From the IMG/VR virus record IMGVR_UViG_3300005805_000074, positions 11,655 to 75,654 of that record: a DNA stretch of 64,000 nucleotides; one strand, written 5' to 3'. Origin of the DNA: a virus. Its lineage: Duplodnaviria > Caudoviricetes. Position numbers and translations under genes: made by a program. The notes under the pieces are model-generated. The model saw nothing but the letters and a program-made list of their open reading frames with translations, searched no databases and was not told the origin of the DNA. This document shows, piece by piece, positions 48,001 to 57,414 of the stretch; the stretch's first letter is position 1, and each line of letters opens with the position of its first letter.

Positions 48001-48516
48001 TGAACCCGTGATTTCTAACGAACCCGTTCTTTGGTGTACGTCATCAAGTGTATCACCAAATTTAGTAGACCCACTGTCATAAAAGATAGATGAAGTTACA
48101 TATTCAGTTTGAATAACATTAGCAGTAAGTGTTCCTACAACATTAAGATTTTGTGGGAATGTGAAATTACTAGCGGAGAATGTTGTCCCCGTTATTTGAT
48201 TTAATTGAATTTGTGAAGATGCTGTAACCCAACCTGGGTATTGTGTTGAACTCGATACTGTTCCTACTGGTAGTAATTCTTTTACTTGACCAGAACTACT
48301 AACTACGGAATCTAAATCTAACTCAGCTTGTATTTGAGCAGAACTACTGACCGTTCCCGTAGGTAATAAAGGTTTTACCTGTGCCGAACTACTGACTGTT
48401 CCAGTAGGTAATGAATTGGTAATTTGAACAGAACTAGAAACAACACCACCACTTAATGCAGTTGTTGGAATACTTCCACTTCTAATCAATATACCAGTAA
48501 GTCTTGTTATCGCCAT
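45007..48516 (-). CDS. Tail fibre-like protein with Gly-Ser/Thr repeats and a C-terminal intramolecular chaperone (peptidase S74-like) domain
   Basis: YYSDERLKN, ALDKVMLLNGYYY, GVSAQQVQKVLPEVV, YLTVQYEKLVPLLIEAIKEL; three (SG[TS])n blocks. Confidence 0.88.
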   Translation of the reverse strand: MAITRLTGILIRSGSIPTTALSGGVVSSSVQITNSLPTGTVSSSAQVKPLLPTGTVSSSAQIQAELDLDSVVSSSGQVKELLPVGTVSSSTQYPGWVTASSQIQLNQITGTTFSASNFTFPQNLNVVGTLTANVIQTEYVTSSIFYDSGSTKFGDTLDDVHQRTGSLEITGSLLINGTSYTAATSGTSGTAGSSGTSGSSGTAGSSGTSGSSGTSGSSGSSGTSGSSGTSGSSGSTGTSGSSGSSGTSGSSGTSGSSGTSGSSGTSGSSGTSGTLTLTGTTDNGLITLDGTAPNARVESNLTFDGNSLVVTGQITASNIQVNGTASIRRLETQFVTASIIYESGSTKFGDSLDDVHQRTGSLEITGSLLINGTSYTAATSGTSGTSGSSGTSGSSGTSGSSGTSGSSGSSGTSGSSGSTGTSGSSGTSGSAGTSGTSGSSGTSGSSGTTGTSGSSGTTGTSGSSGTSGSSGTSGQNGTSGSSGSSGTSGSSGTTGTSGSSGTSGSTGTSGSSGTSGSSGSAGSSGTSGTLTLTGTTDNGLITLNGSAPNASVESNLRFDGATLTVVGTSVVSGSQTITGNLTVLGSSSISYVSQSTLNIGTNIITTNVDNPSVRFGGLAVIDSGSSPQRSGSLLFDSTNDQWVFVHQNTAGGVTSSVLLVGPATFNSIGNETLLTQNKVLKSAGLEHITESIITDNGSQITVAGTVSASSFTSSIVNGVGFFGTASFALTPAGTAGTAGTSGTAGSSGTSGSSGTSGSSGTSGSSGSTGTSGSSGSSGTSGANGTSGSSGTSGSSGTSGANGSSGTSGANGANGSSGTSGSSGTSGSSGTSGANGANGSSGTSGANGANGSSGTSGANGANGSSGSSGTSGANGGNGSSGTSGANGGNGTSGTSGANGGNGTSGTSGAGTISGGAANKVAYFSGATTLTSTTNFNFDGTRLQIGATAAPTEANLSLGPVDTSNEGGQIVLQPPGGSYTTATHIDNYANIFRIMSGSTTTSLGVQFAIAHSTGRVGIGTAVPDYRLDVLGDIKSHASLGVGTNPSGATGEIRAASEITAYYSDERLKNFSGNITNALDKVMLLNGYYYTENELAKSFGFNKEERQVGVSAQQVQKVLPEVVRIAPFVFGGVDTQGVEYLTVQYEKLVPLLIEAIKELKTELDEIKKTSNA
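45790..47967 (-). repeat. Three coding Gly-X-Y repeat blocks (SGT/SGS/GAN), approx. 45790-46322, 46931-47383 and 47697-47967
   Basis: Gly at every third residue; degenerate 9- and 18-nt DNA repeats; boundaries approximate. Confidence 0.9.
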
Positions 48517-48587
48517 TATATAATCTCTGAGAATGAGTTATCTGATATAAATATAAAGAAACCTCTAATAAATCTACTTTTTACATA

Positions 48588-49700
48588 CTAACTTAGACTT
48601 AATCTAATACCCTTTACCAATATATTTGAAGAAGTTGGTGGGGTTGTAATAAAGGATAATTGTGTTCCAGTTACCGTGTAATCTTCTGTTAATGCATTTA
48701 CTAAACCGTCTACCGACACCGTTAATATTGACGGACTATACGATTGTGATAATGTATAATTACTTGTTGTACCATCACCAACAAATAAGTGATTGTCTGC
48801 AACGAGATTAATGTTTACATATGACGCGGTAGTTGCGAATGACGAAGTTTCTGTATAACTTGCTGTTGAAATTATACCAAAGAAGGAACCACTAAATGAT
48901 CCAGTGACTTCATTCCCGGTATTTATGAGAGCTTTAGCGAAAATAACAGAGGACGATGGTGGAGCAGAAGTAAATTGTAAAGTAGTATTACTGAGTGTAT
49001 AATCGCTTACAGAGTTATATGTTAATCCATCAACACTAACAAATAAAGAATTAATTGCGTATGAACGGTCTAATTCATAATTTGTTGTAGTTCCATCACC
49101 AATAAACTCATAATTGTCTATGTTAACTGCAAGTGGGATGTTTGTTAATCCACGACCATCACCAATAAATGACCCGGTATATGAACCAGTTAAGTTATTC
49201 TGTGCATTTAAAAGTGCATTAACTAAAATATTAGATGATGACGGTGGAGCTTCAACAAATGTTATAGACCCTGTATAATAGGTAAAATCTACATTTGGGG
49301 TAAATGTTAAACCATCTACACTAACTCTGAGATTATTTTCTATATAACTCTGAGATAGTACATAAAGTTGTGTAGTTCCATCTCCTACGAATTTATAAAC
49401 ATCACTTACAACAGACGCACCAACATCAATATTTGTAAGTTGACTACCATCACCCTTAAAATAAGAAGCAGTCACCCCTTGAGTTACATTGAGTGACCCA
49501 GTGATGACTGCATTACCTGTGAAGGGGAATCCGTTTCCTGCGGCTGTACTTAACGCAAATGAAGCGGTGGTTGCAAATGAAGAACTAATTGCGGCACTTG
49601 CTGTACCAACAAAGTTCGATGCCGTAACTGAGCCAGAGATAACATTAATACTACCAGTAGGGACTATCAGCCCCTTTCTGGCTACAAATTCATTTGCCAT
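48588..49700 (-). CDS. Putative virion protein with three GDGTT repeat domains
   Basis: 3x F[VI]GDGTT..Y.L..SY....L.VSVDGL......D[FY]T.......F...PP.SS.I. Confidence 0.75.
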   Translation of the reverse strand: MANEFVARKGLIVPTGSINVISGSVTASNFVGTASAAISSSFATTASFALSTAAGNGFPFTGNAVITGSLNVTQGVTASYFKGDGSQLTNIDVGASVVSDVYKFVGDGTTQLYVLSQSYIENNLRVSVDGLTFTPNVDFTYYTGSITFVEAPPSSSNILVNALLNAQNNLTGSYTGSFIGDGRGLTNIPLAVNIDNYEFIGDGTTTNYELDRSYAINSLFVSVDGLTYNSVSDYTLSNTTLQFTSAPPSSSVIFAKALINTGNEVTGSFSGSFFGIISTASYTETSSFATTASYVNINLVADNHLFVGDGTTSNYTLSQSYSPSILTVSVDGLVNALTEDYTVTGTQLSFITTPPTSSNILVKGIRLSLS

Positions 49701-49762
49701 AATTCCCCTTTTTCATTATCCAAAGGTGAGAAGTTTCTATTGTAATAACCTTTTACTTAAAC

Positions 49763-52231
49763 TTAAATTGCACGAATTGCAGTCTTTACATACCAATCAT
49801 TTGATGCTGCGGTTGCCTTTAATCGTGCGGTTGCGGACACAAGGTCTACTGTAAAGGTGATATCAGTCGTGTTACCTAAATCGTTTGTAGAAGTATCGGT
49901 GAATTCTACATTCGTTGTACCTGCTTCCCAGACTGCCATCACAGTACCTGCACGATAGTTTGAACCCTTCTTTACTACATAATCGAAGAATGCTGCGTCA
50001 TAACTACCAGTTTGTACTGTTGCAACTACTTCAGCTACACCTATATCAACATCGGTATTACTACCCGAACTGTAGAGGACACCGTGGATAACTGCTCCAC
50101 CATTTAGAACAAGTTGGTCTGCGGTGGTTGCACCTTGTGAGGTAATATTTTGTATTCCGAACGAATAACTTGAACCAAGATTGAGTGGAACACCGTTGAA
50201 GGTAATTGCGTTAGCACTTACTTGACCACTGGTAACTGTGAAGTTTGAACTTGTGAATGATGCAACACCGACACTAGATGTAGTTGCGTTTACACCACTA
50301 ATCGTAATTGTTTGACCACTGACTGTTGCTGCAACACCACTTTCACCATCAACAGTAAGTGCTTGTGTCTTAAGTGCGACAGTACCAGTACCACCTTCTG
50401 AGCCAGTAATATTAAGATTTGTTACGATACCGGTAATATTACTACCATCACCACTGAATCCTACAGATGAAGTTACTGAACCCGTTATATATAGTCCAGC
50501 TTCAATATGTGTCAACCGTGATGGGAAATCTATACGAATAGAACTTGATTCTGGGCGACTGTCAATGTGGTCATCACCATGCGCGACAGGAACACGGTGG
50601 TCAGTTAATCCTACTTCGTTACCTAACGCACCTGTATTTTTTGGACCAGCGATAATAACTGCGGAATTGTAGTTTAGGTCATCTGCTTCGTATATCCAAC
50701 GATTATTTAGACTGTCCCACAGAAGTGAACCAGTTCCGAAAGTAGAACCAGAATCAATGACAGACAATCCTGCAAAGCGTACAATATCATCGTCGTTAAC
50801 AATTACACGACTTGTTCCTACAACATATTGTGAAGATGTAACATATTGGGTAGACATACTGACTGCTGTGAGTAATCCAGTAACAGTCAATGAACCAGAA
50901 ATATTTACATCCTTAGCAATTCCAACACCACCTTGTACAACTAATGCACCATCAGTAAAGTTTGTACTGTTGGTAGTATTGGTAACTGTTTGAACACCAG
51001 TAAAGGTATTTGAACCAGTTGTTGCAATAGTTGCGATACCAGTAGTGTTACGAACATCAACTTGAACAGAAGATGAAACTGTATCTGCTGGAAGAAGGTC
51101 TTTAACTTGTGCACTACTTGATACAACCCCATTGGTTGCAAGAAGCGAACCAGTAATACCTTCGGTTACTTTTAACGAACCCGTGACCTGTACGCCCCCA
51201 TCATTAACGATGAACTTTTGCGTCCAAGTAGTTCCGTTAAATGATGCTACATGGAAGTTTGCATCTGCATTACTTCTGTTATCGTATACGAATTCTGCGG
51301 AACCGCGTTGTGTTGATGATACGTGGTTGGTACCCCACATTTGATAGTATGCACCAAGAACACTACTACCATTCCAAAAACCAAAGAGTGTACTATCAGT
51401 ATCGTCTACGATACGAATTTGACCATCGTTTGAAAGTACAATGTTTCCACTTACGATTTGGTCTGCGGTGAATATGTTTGAACCAGTAGTTGCGATTGTT
51501 GCAATACCTGTGGTATTACGAACATCGGTTTGGATGGAACTACTGAATACATTATCAGAGTTTAACTTTTGTTTTACACCAGTAAGGAAGTGTGCAGATG
51601 ATGTATCAAGTGCGAGGGATACACTTGAACCCAGTGCTACTGTACCACCATCTTGTAAACCACTACCTGCGGTTACAGTAATAGAATCATTATCAAGACC
51701 ACTATTTGGGATATTAGTGATTTGTGCACCACTACCAGAGAATGAACCGCTGACCGAGGTTGCACTGATTGGGCCTAGTGTTTTAACACTACCAGTAATT
51801 GTTACTATATCATTAGTATCATTACCTAAGTTGGTACTACCACTAACAGTAAGTTGGTCAAGAACAGTAATACCATCAAGACTGATATTAGTTGCTTGTA
51901 CAGTATCAATATATGCCGTACCACTTACATATAAATTACGCCAAGATTTTGGATTAGAACCAAGGTCGAATGAATTATTAACATCTGGAAGAATTGACGA
52001 ACTAACTTCCGCCAGAAACTTGACTACATCAATGTCTGCATTACCGACAGTTAGGTTTCCACCTAATGTAAGGTCGCCGGTGATACTTGCACTACCAAGT
52101 AATTGCAGGTTTGATGCGGTTACATTATATCCAGTTGCATCTATATCACCTTGGACCAACAATGATCCAGTGACTTTTGCACCGTTATTAAGGACTATCA
52201 GGCCTTTACGGGCAATAAATTCATTTGCCAT
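49763..52231 (-). CDS. Putative tail fibre/virion structural protein (Ser/Thr/Gly/Val-rich)
   Basis: MANEFIARKGL start shared with the neighbour; beta-rich modules shared with the other fibre genes. Confidence 0.75.
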   Translation of the reverse strand: MANEFIARKGLIVLNNGAKVTGSLLVQGDIDATGYNVTASNLQLLGSASITGDLTLGGNLTVGNADIDVVKFLAEVSSSILPDVNNSFDLGSNPKSWRNLYVSGTAYIDTVQATNISLDGITVLDQLTVSGSTNLGNDTNDIVTITGSVKTLGPISATSVSGSFSGSGAQITNIPNSGLDNDSITVTAGSGLQDGGTVALGSSVSLALDTSSAHFLTGVKQKLNSDNVFSSSIQTDVRNTTGIATIATTGSNIFTADQIVSGNIVLSNDGQIRIVDDTDSTLFGFWNGSSVLGAYYQMWGTNHVSSTQRGSAEFVYDNRSNADANFHVASFNGTTWTQKFIVNDGGVQVTGSLKVTEGITGSLLATNGVVSSSAQVKDLLPADTVSSSVQVDVRNTTGIATIATTGSNTFTGVQTVTNTTNSTNFTDGALVVQGGVGIAKDVNISGSLTVTGLLTAVSMSTQYVTSSQYVVGTSRVIVNDDDIVRFAGLSVIDSGSTFGTGSLLWDSLNNRWIYEADDLNYNSAVIIAGPKNTGALGNEVGLTDHRVPVAHGDDHIDSRPESSSIRIDFPSRLTHIEAGLYITGSVTSSVGFSGDGSNITGIVTNLNITGSEGGTGTVALKTQALTVDGESGVAATVSGQTITISGVNATTSSVGVASFTSSNFTVTSGQVSANAITFNGVPLNLGSSYSFGIQNITSQGATTADQLVLNGGAVIHGVLYSSGSNTDVDIGVAEVVATVQTGSYDAAFFDYVVKKGSNYRAGTVMAVWEAGTTNVEFTDTSTNDLGNTTDITFTVDLVSATARLKATAASNDWYVKTAIRAI

Positions 52232-52278
52232 ACAGTTCTCCCATCGGGGTTATCAGTATATAAATATTAAATACTTTG

Positions 52279-52878
52279 TTAAGAATTCAAATTTGGAAAC
52301 AATTTAAAGAGACTTTGTACTGTCCATTGTCCACTTCCAGAACCATTACTATTGACCCGTAACTTGAAATAACTTCCCGATTGAATAAACCCGAAAGATA
52401 TGTCTTTGGTGTCCCCAATATCTGCGGTTGAGATATCGGTAAATACCACACTACTTCCAGACCAGGTTGCCATCACCATTCCAATACGGGTTGCCCCAGG
52501 TCGTTGAGCAATATATTCAATAGTGGTTCCTGAATAGTCCGCAGTGGATATATAAGGTCTTACATCTTCGGTTGCCCCAAATATACCAGTATTTATCGAC
52601 CCAGTAAATATAATATTAACTGTTCCTGCATCCAATCTAAATTCGTTAGATTTGACAATTGCCGGTTCAATTGTGGTATCTACCAATAATCCGACAACTT
52701 GGGTACTACTGGATACGAAATTGGTATAATCGTTTAATGCGACAATTGCAGACCCACTTTTAGTATACAGCTTTCCATCGGAAATATTGACCGCAAGTTC
52801 ACCATCATACATGGCACTTGCGGTTGGGACTGCTCCGTACTGACTATTATATAAAGGTATAAAACGATTTGCTGGCAT
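52279..52878 (-). CDS. Putative virion protein (fibre-associated)
   Basis: GELAVNISDGKLYTK head motif seen in phage fibre proteins; C-terminal domain similar to that of 49763..52231. Confidence 0.7.
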   Translation of the reverse strand: MPANRFIPLYNSQYGAVPTASAMYDGELAVNISDGKLYTKSGSAIVALNDYTNFVSSSTQVVGLLVDTTIEPAIVKSNEFRLDAGTVNIIFTGSINTGIFGATEDVRPYISTADYSGTTIEYIAQRPGATRIGMVMATWSGSSVVFTDISTADIGDTKDISFGFIQSGSYFKLRVNSNGSGSGQWTVQSLFKLFPNLNS

Positions 52879-52916
52879 ATTATCTCAATAAATAAATTCT
52901 TTAATAAATAGTGTGA

Positions 52917-55900
52917 TTATGATACGACAACCACTCCGAACAATGAACCTGGTGTATTAGTTGGGTCACAATAAATGTGAATTGCATCAAATTGACTTAG
53001 TGTTAATCCAGAGAAAGTATATGTCTGAATTGTATCTTGTGTTAGGTTTAATGACGAACTAGCTATTAGTGATGCTCCAGAGAATGCTGCTCCATTTGCA
53101 TTTCTAGCAACACCAACTAAAGTAGAATTTGTTCCGGCATTATCTTGACGCAAATACACCGTTACTGTACTTAATCCAGTTGAATTAATTAAGAATGCAG
53201 TATCAGAACTTGGTGATGCGGAATCACCTGCTGTTTTCGTGTTTGAATTAAAATAGAATGCTGATGCATTTGCTCTACTTGTACCCACTGTTAAACGAAT
53301 CGTACCAAGTGTCGCAATCTGGGTACTACTGGATACAAGTCCCGCTGGTAACCCTAACGGTGCAGCGTATGATGCGGTAAGTGCGAATGATGCCGTTGCT
53401 GGTGTAGACGATACAAATGATGCAGTTGTTGCGTGTGATGACGATACTGCATACGAAGAGGTACCAAAGAATCCTACACCGTTTACAACAGAACTTGTAA
53501 AGTTACTTGCGAATACTGCTCCTGCAATATCAATGTGAGTTCCACTTTGTGATACGATAGAATTACTGATATGGTCATCACCGGTTGCAACTGGAATATA
53601 TCCCGTAGTTAGTCCGACCTCTTGTCCCAACGAACCAGTGTTCTTTGGTCCTGCTATGAGTATTGCACTATTGTACCCAGACCCACTTAGATTTTCATAC
53701 AAGAACTTATGGTTTTGACTGTCCCAGTAAATAGATGCTGTTGCTGCTGTTGAGCCGGAGTCAAAAATAGAAATACCAGAGAATCTAACCAAATCATCGT
53801 CATTTAACAATATTTTACTTGTACCAACAATATATTGTGATGAAGTGACATATTGAGTAGACATTGTGACGGCGGTAAGTAATCCCGTAACAGTCAATGC
53901 TCCAGAAACTATTTGATTACCAGTAACAGTAAGTGTTGACCCATCAAATGTTAAGTTTGATTCTGCAACAGCAGCATTGGTTGTTCCATCTGAAGTTAGT
54001 ATTCTGTTGTCTGCTGGGTTTAATACTGTGTTAAACCCTGTACCTGATGTTCCAGATGACCCACTGGTTCCCGTACTACCTGAACTACCAGATGTACCAT
54101 CTTGTCCAGATGTACCAGAAGAACCCGAAGTTCCTGCTGGACCAGTTTCACCAGACGTACCACTACTTCCTGAAGTTCCTGAGGAACCAGAAGTTCCTGC
54201 TTGTCCAGGAACACCACCCACATTGATTTGCCAATCGGTGTACGGACCACCAGAACCTACTGTTGATGTTACATTAATAACTAATGTATCTGTACCGTCA
54301 TCATAACTGACTACATCACCTTCCATTCGTGTTGCATAATCTGCTGCTCTTGCGACAATGACTGTTTGTCCGTTGGTATATGCTAATCCACTACCATCTA
54401 CGGTGAATGATTTGTTTCCTGTTCCAATTGAATGAGATGTAGATGATGTGGTTGCGTAAATATCACCATTTACACCACTTGTACCAGATGACCCCGATGT
54501 ACCCGAAGAACCGCTAGTTCCAGATTCTCCAGAGGTACCAGACGAACCCGATTCACCTGAAGTTCCACTGCTACCAGATGTACCAGATTCTCCAGAGGTT
54601 CCCGATGAACCACTGGTTCCAGATTCTCCACTGGTGCCACTACTACCTGTTGTTCCTGACGTACCATTTTGTCCGGAAGTTCCACTACTGCCAGAAGTTC
54701 CTGAACTTCCACTTGCTCCTGTTGCTCCAGAGGTGCCACTTGAACCCGATGTTCCTGTACTACCAGAAGAACCAGAGGTACCATTTTGTCCAGAGGTACC
54801 ACTAGTGCCCGATGTTCCAGAACCACCACCGCCACCACCATTCATTGCATAACTTGCAGTGACTACATATGACGCTGTTACTGCTGTATTTGCCCAACTA
54901 CTGGTTCCAAGTAATGAACCAGTGATTCCGTTTGTGACATCCAATGACCCACTAAATACAGCTGGTCCAATATTAGTTAATGTCGATGAACCAGAAATCG
55001 TAAGTGAACCAGTAACTTCAATTCCTTCCTTTGCCACAAACTTTTTATTTGCAGTAATTCGACCATCGGTGTAACTTGCTGACCCTTGGAATTCCAATGG
55101 AATGTATGCCGTGTCTATCGTACTACCACTATGTATGTATATACCAGGATTAATTTTACCTGCCAATTGAGGTCTTGTACTTGCTAATTCATATGGTTGT
55201 GCCATCAATCCAATATATTCACCATTTGATTCATTGAACAAACCATATCGGTTTACTGATGTAGAATGAACTCCACCAGAAACATAAAATATACCAGTTC
55301 TGGAAATTCTAACTGCACCTGCATCTGTTCCTACACCACCACTAATTTGTAACAAGTCCGTGGATGGATTAAATAATAGTGTTCCACCATTTGTAGCAAT
55401 AACAGACTCACTTAAAAATGTAATAGGAAAATTGTGATTAGTGTCTGTATAAACTGTATCCAATGGGGCGTATGCAGCATATGATGCACTTCGTGCGACA
55501 ACAGCGTGCGATGCACTTTCAACTGGAAAATAATATACTTGGACCGAACTAGATACTAGTCCTTCTGGTATATTTGATAAATTTTCCCATGTGTTATTAG
55601 CAATATAACTAGCCGTTAATGCATAACTTGCACTAGTAATATAACTAAGTCCACCACTTGGTGTTGGGACAATAACACCTTCACTACCAGTAAGATAAAT
55701 ACCAGCAGAAACTATATGAATACCTGCTGCTACACTTGCAGTTCCATATAACGAAGCAGATAGTCCAACTGGTACATCAATTGTTAGTTTATTATTAGTA
55801 ACGGCGGTAGTAATACCATTTACACCACTAATAATTAAATCATCTGTGAGTAATGATAATGTATCACTTCCAGTTGACCCACTAATACGGAGGTCAGTTA

Positions 55901-56423
55901 CTAGTCCTGTAAGTTGTGACCCATCACCCTTAAATGATCCTGTGATTCCACTTGAAGCGGAAAGTGGTCCTTGTATTGATACCGATCCCGTAAATTGATG
56001 AGTGTCATCTAAAGAATCGCCAAACTTTGTTGAACCAGAAGCGTAAATAATAGAAGAAGATACTAATAGTTGTTCTGCACTAATAATACCTTGAACTGTT
56101 AAGTTGTCTGTAATTGTTGTCGAGCCGGTAATAGATACTGACCCACTGATTTGTCTATTAATAGTTTCTGCAAACGCAGCATAAGAAGCACTATCTACCG
56201 ATCCAGTATCTAGTGCGAGTGTAAATTGTTCACCATTACCTCTTGTAAAAGTAATTGTATTTCCATCTAAAGATGCGCTTAGTAGATTACCCGCTGCTAA
56301 CGATGAACTAACGGAACTAAACGCGATATCTACAATAGATGGATACGAACCTGACCTGTATACTGAGGTTTGTTGGCTTTTTATTAAAACTGTAAGACTG
56401 GGAATATCTAGTTCTATGGACAT
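52917..56423 (-). CDS. Putative tail fibre/virion structural protein with SG[TS] repeats
   Basis: SGSTKFGDSLDD.H.FTGS module, SGT/GES repeat blocks, ESNLTFDG module. Confidence 0.8.
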   Translation of the reverse strand: MSIELDIPSLTVLIKSQQTSVYRSGSYPSIVDIAFSSVSSSLAAGNLLSASLDGNTITFTRGNGEQFTLALDTGSVDSASYAAFAETINRQISGSVSITGSTTITDNLTVQGIISAEQLLVSSSIIYASGSTKFGDSLDDTHQFTGSVSIQGPLSASSGITGSFKGDGSQLTGLVTDLRISGSTGSDTLSLLTDDLIISGVNGITTAVTNNKLTIDVPVGLSASLYGTASVAAGIHIVSAGIYLTGSEGVIVPTPSGGLSYITSASYALTASYIANNTWENLSNIPEGLVSSSVQVYYFPVESASHAVVARSASYAAYAPLDTVYTDTNHNFPITFLSESVIATNGGTLLFNPSTDLLQISGGVGTDAGAVRISRTGIFYVSGGVHSTSVNRYGLFNESNGEYIGLMAQPYELASTRPQLAGKINPGIYIHSGSTIDTAYIPLEFQGSASYTDGRITANKKFVAKEGIEVTGSLTISGSSTLTNIGPAVFSGSLDVTNGITGSLLGTSSWANTAVTASYVVTASYAMNGGGGGGSGTSGTSGTSGQNGTSGSSGSTGTSGSSGTSGATGASGSSGTSGSSGTSGQNGTSGTTGSSGTSGESGTSGSSGTSGESGTSGSSGTSGESGSSGTSGESGTSGSSGTSGSSGTSGVNGDIYATTSSTSHSIGTGNKSFTVDGSGLAYTNGQTVIVARAADYATRMEGDVVSYDDGTDTLVINVTSTVGSGGPYTDWQINVGGVPGQAGTSGSSGTSGSSGTSGETGPAGTSGSSGTSGQDGTSGSSGSTGTSGSSGTSGTGFNTVLNPADNRILTSDGTTNAAVAESNLTFDGSTLTVTGNQIVSGALTVTGLLTAVTMSTQYVTSSQYIVGTSKILLNDDDLVRFSGISIFDSGSTAATASIYWDSQNHKFLYENLSGSGYNSAILIAGPKNTGSLGQEVGLTTGYIPVATGDDHISNSIVSQSGTHIDIAGAVFASNFTSSVVNGVGFFGTSSYAVSSSHATTASFVSSTPATASFALTASYAAPLGLPAGLVSSSTQIATLGTIRLTVGTSRANASAFYFNSNTKTAGDSASPSSDTAFLINSTGLSTVTVYLRQDNAGTNSTLVGVARNANGAAFSGASLIASSSLNLTQDTIQTYTFSGLTLSQFDAIHIYCDPTNTPGSLFGVVVVS
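54040..54840 (-). repeat. Two coding Gly-X-Y repeat blocks (SGT/SGS/GES), approx. 54040-54200 and 54478-54840
   Basis: Gly at every third residue, interrupted by a ~90-aa globular insert. Confidence 0.85.
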
Positions 56424-56425
56424 TT

Positions 56426-56764
56426 TTATCTCGTTGCTGCAGGACGAACTACAAAGTATCCTTCTAAAATTCTACGAGTAATAGAACCACTTGTCATTTT
56501 GACATCATATACATATTTTCTTTGGTTTAATAGTTCTGTTTCTGTTGTATCTAGTGACATAAACAAACTACCACAGACATATGGTTGTAATTTTTGAATT
56601 ACAAAGGTTGCTGCTACATCTTCTGTACTATAATTTTCTCGGAGTTGCGCTACAAATTCTTGACCAACAATGTTTAAAGGTGCGCCAGTATCGTCATTAA
56701 TAACAGTCATCAATATTTTAAAGGTTTCCCCCTGACCAATATTAAATTCAGTAATTTCTGCCAT
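56426..56764 (-). CDS. Small Ig-like virion/baseplate-associated protein
   Basis: IGQGETF ... AQLR..Y ... L..RKYVYDV ... RILEG...V.P..TR pattern typical of phage structural genes. Confidence 0.6.
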   Translation of the reverse strand: MAEITEFNIGQGETFKILMTVINDDTGAPLNIVGQEFVAQLRENYSTEDVAATFVIQKLQPYVCGSLFMSLDTTETELLNQRKYVYDVKMTSGSITRRILEGYFVVRPAATR

Positions 56765-56820
56765 AGTTTCTCTCGAAAAATATACCTTTCTATAAGTATC
56801 ACAAAGAATTCATATATAAC

Positions 56821-56852
56821 AAAAACCCCACGGTTTCCCGTGAGGTTTTTTT
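56821..56852 (-). terminator. Rho-independent terminator after the tail tube gene
   Basis: Minus strand ACCTCACGG-GAAA-CCGTGGGGT followed by TTTT; an A-run on the other side may make it bidirectional. Confidence 0.85.
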
Positions 56853-56867
56853 ATTTGTAATCTACTG

Positions 56868-57356
56868 TTAGTAGTTGAGGATGCAGTAGTCTGGTTGGAT
56901 GGTAAGGGAGATACTCATTGGGTCATCTTTTTCCCAACTCATTTCACCAAATTCAACCTTGGTAATTTGTGAACCCTTTAAAATCCATTCTTCAACTTTA
57001 TCACCTACTGGACCAAGAACATTAATAAGAATATCCTTCTTATAGAATTCTGCGTATCCGTCACGACCCGTAACTGATTCGTGGTGAAGACGAACCCATT
57101 CCATTACTGCTTGTGCACCAGATGGAACGATTGGGTCGTATAATTCGAATGTCATTTCATCCCATACAGTCTTACCCTTGATATAGCGTTGAAGATTGAT
57201 ATGGTCTAAACGCTTCTTTTCTTGGGTAATCTTTGGACGGTCTGCCTTCTTGATAAGATAGGAAGGAACCCCATCAAGTGACAAAATATATCGATTCGCA
57301 GTCTTTGGTTCGAATGCGGTGAAAAACAGTTCTTGTTCATTAACCAAAATTGCCAT
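56868..57356 (-). CDS. gp19: Tail tube protein (T4 gp19-like)
   Basis: FEPK..NRYIL, ADRPKI, GKTVW, LYDPI, VMEW, KDI.I..LGP.G..VEEW.L.G; ATG 57356 with SD GGAG; follows the sheath gene. Confidence 0.9.
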   Translation of the reverse strand: MAILVNEQELFFTAFEPKTANRYILSLDGVPSYLIKKADRPKITQEKKRLDHINLQRYIKGKTVWDEMTFELYDPIVPSGAQAVMEWVRLHHESVTGRDGYAEFYKKDILINVLGPVGDKVEEWILKGSQITKVEFGEMSWEKDDPMSISLTIQPDYCILNY

Positions 57357-57414
57357 ATGGCTCTCCAAATATAGATTAGTACTTTAAATAAATAGTGTCT
57401 ATTAAAAAAACTGA

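Noticed and set aside
45759-48082. Long Val/Pro/Glu-rich plus-strand ORFs and Val/Gln/Leu-rich alternate-frame ORFs over the SGT repeats (also 53977-55074)
   Set aside because: They are shadows of the Gly-Ser-Thr repeat coding frame, have no start signals and overlap a well-supported gene completely.
45790-54840. Possible CRISPR array or satellite DNA
   Set aside because: The repeats are degenerate at third codon positions, in frame and without unique spacers, so they are protein-coding.
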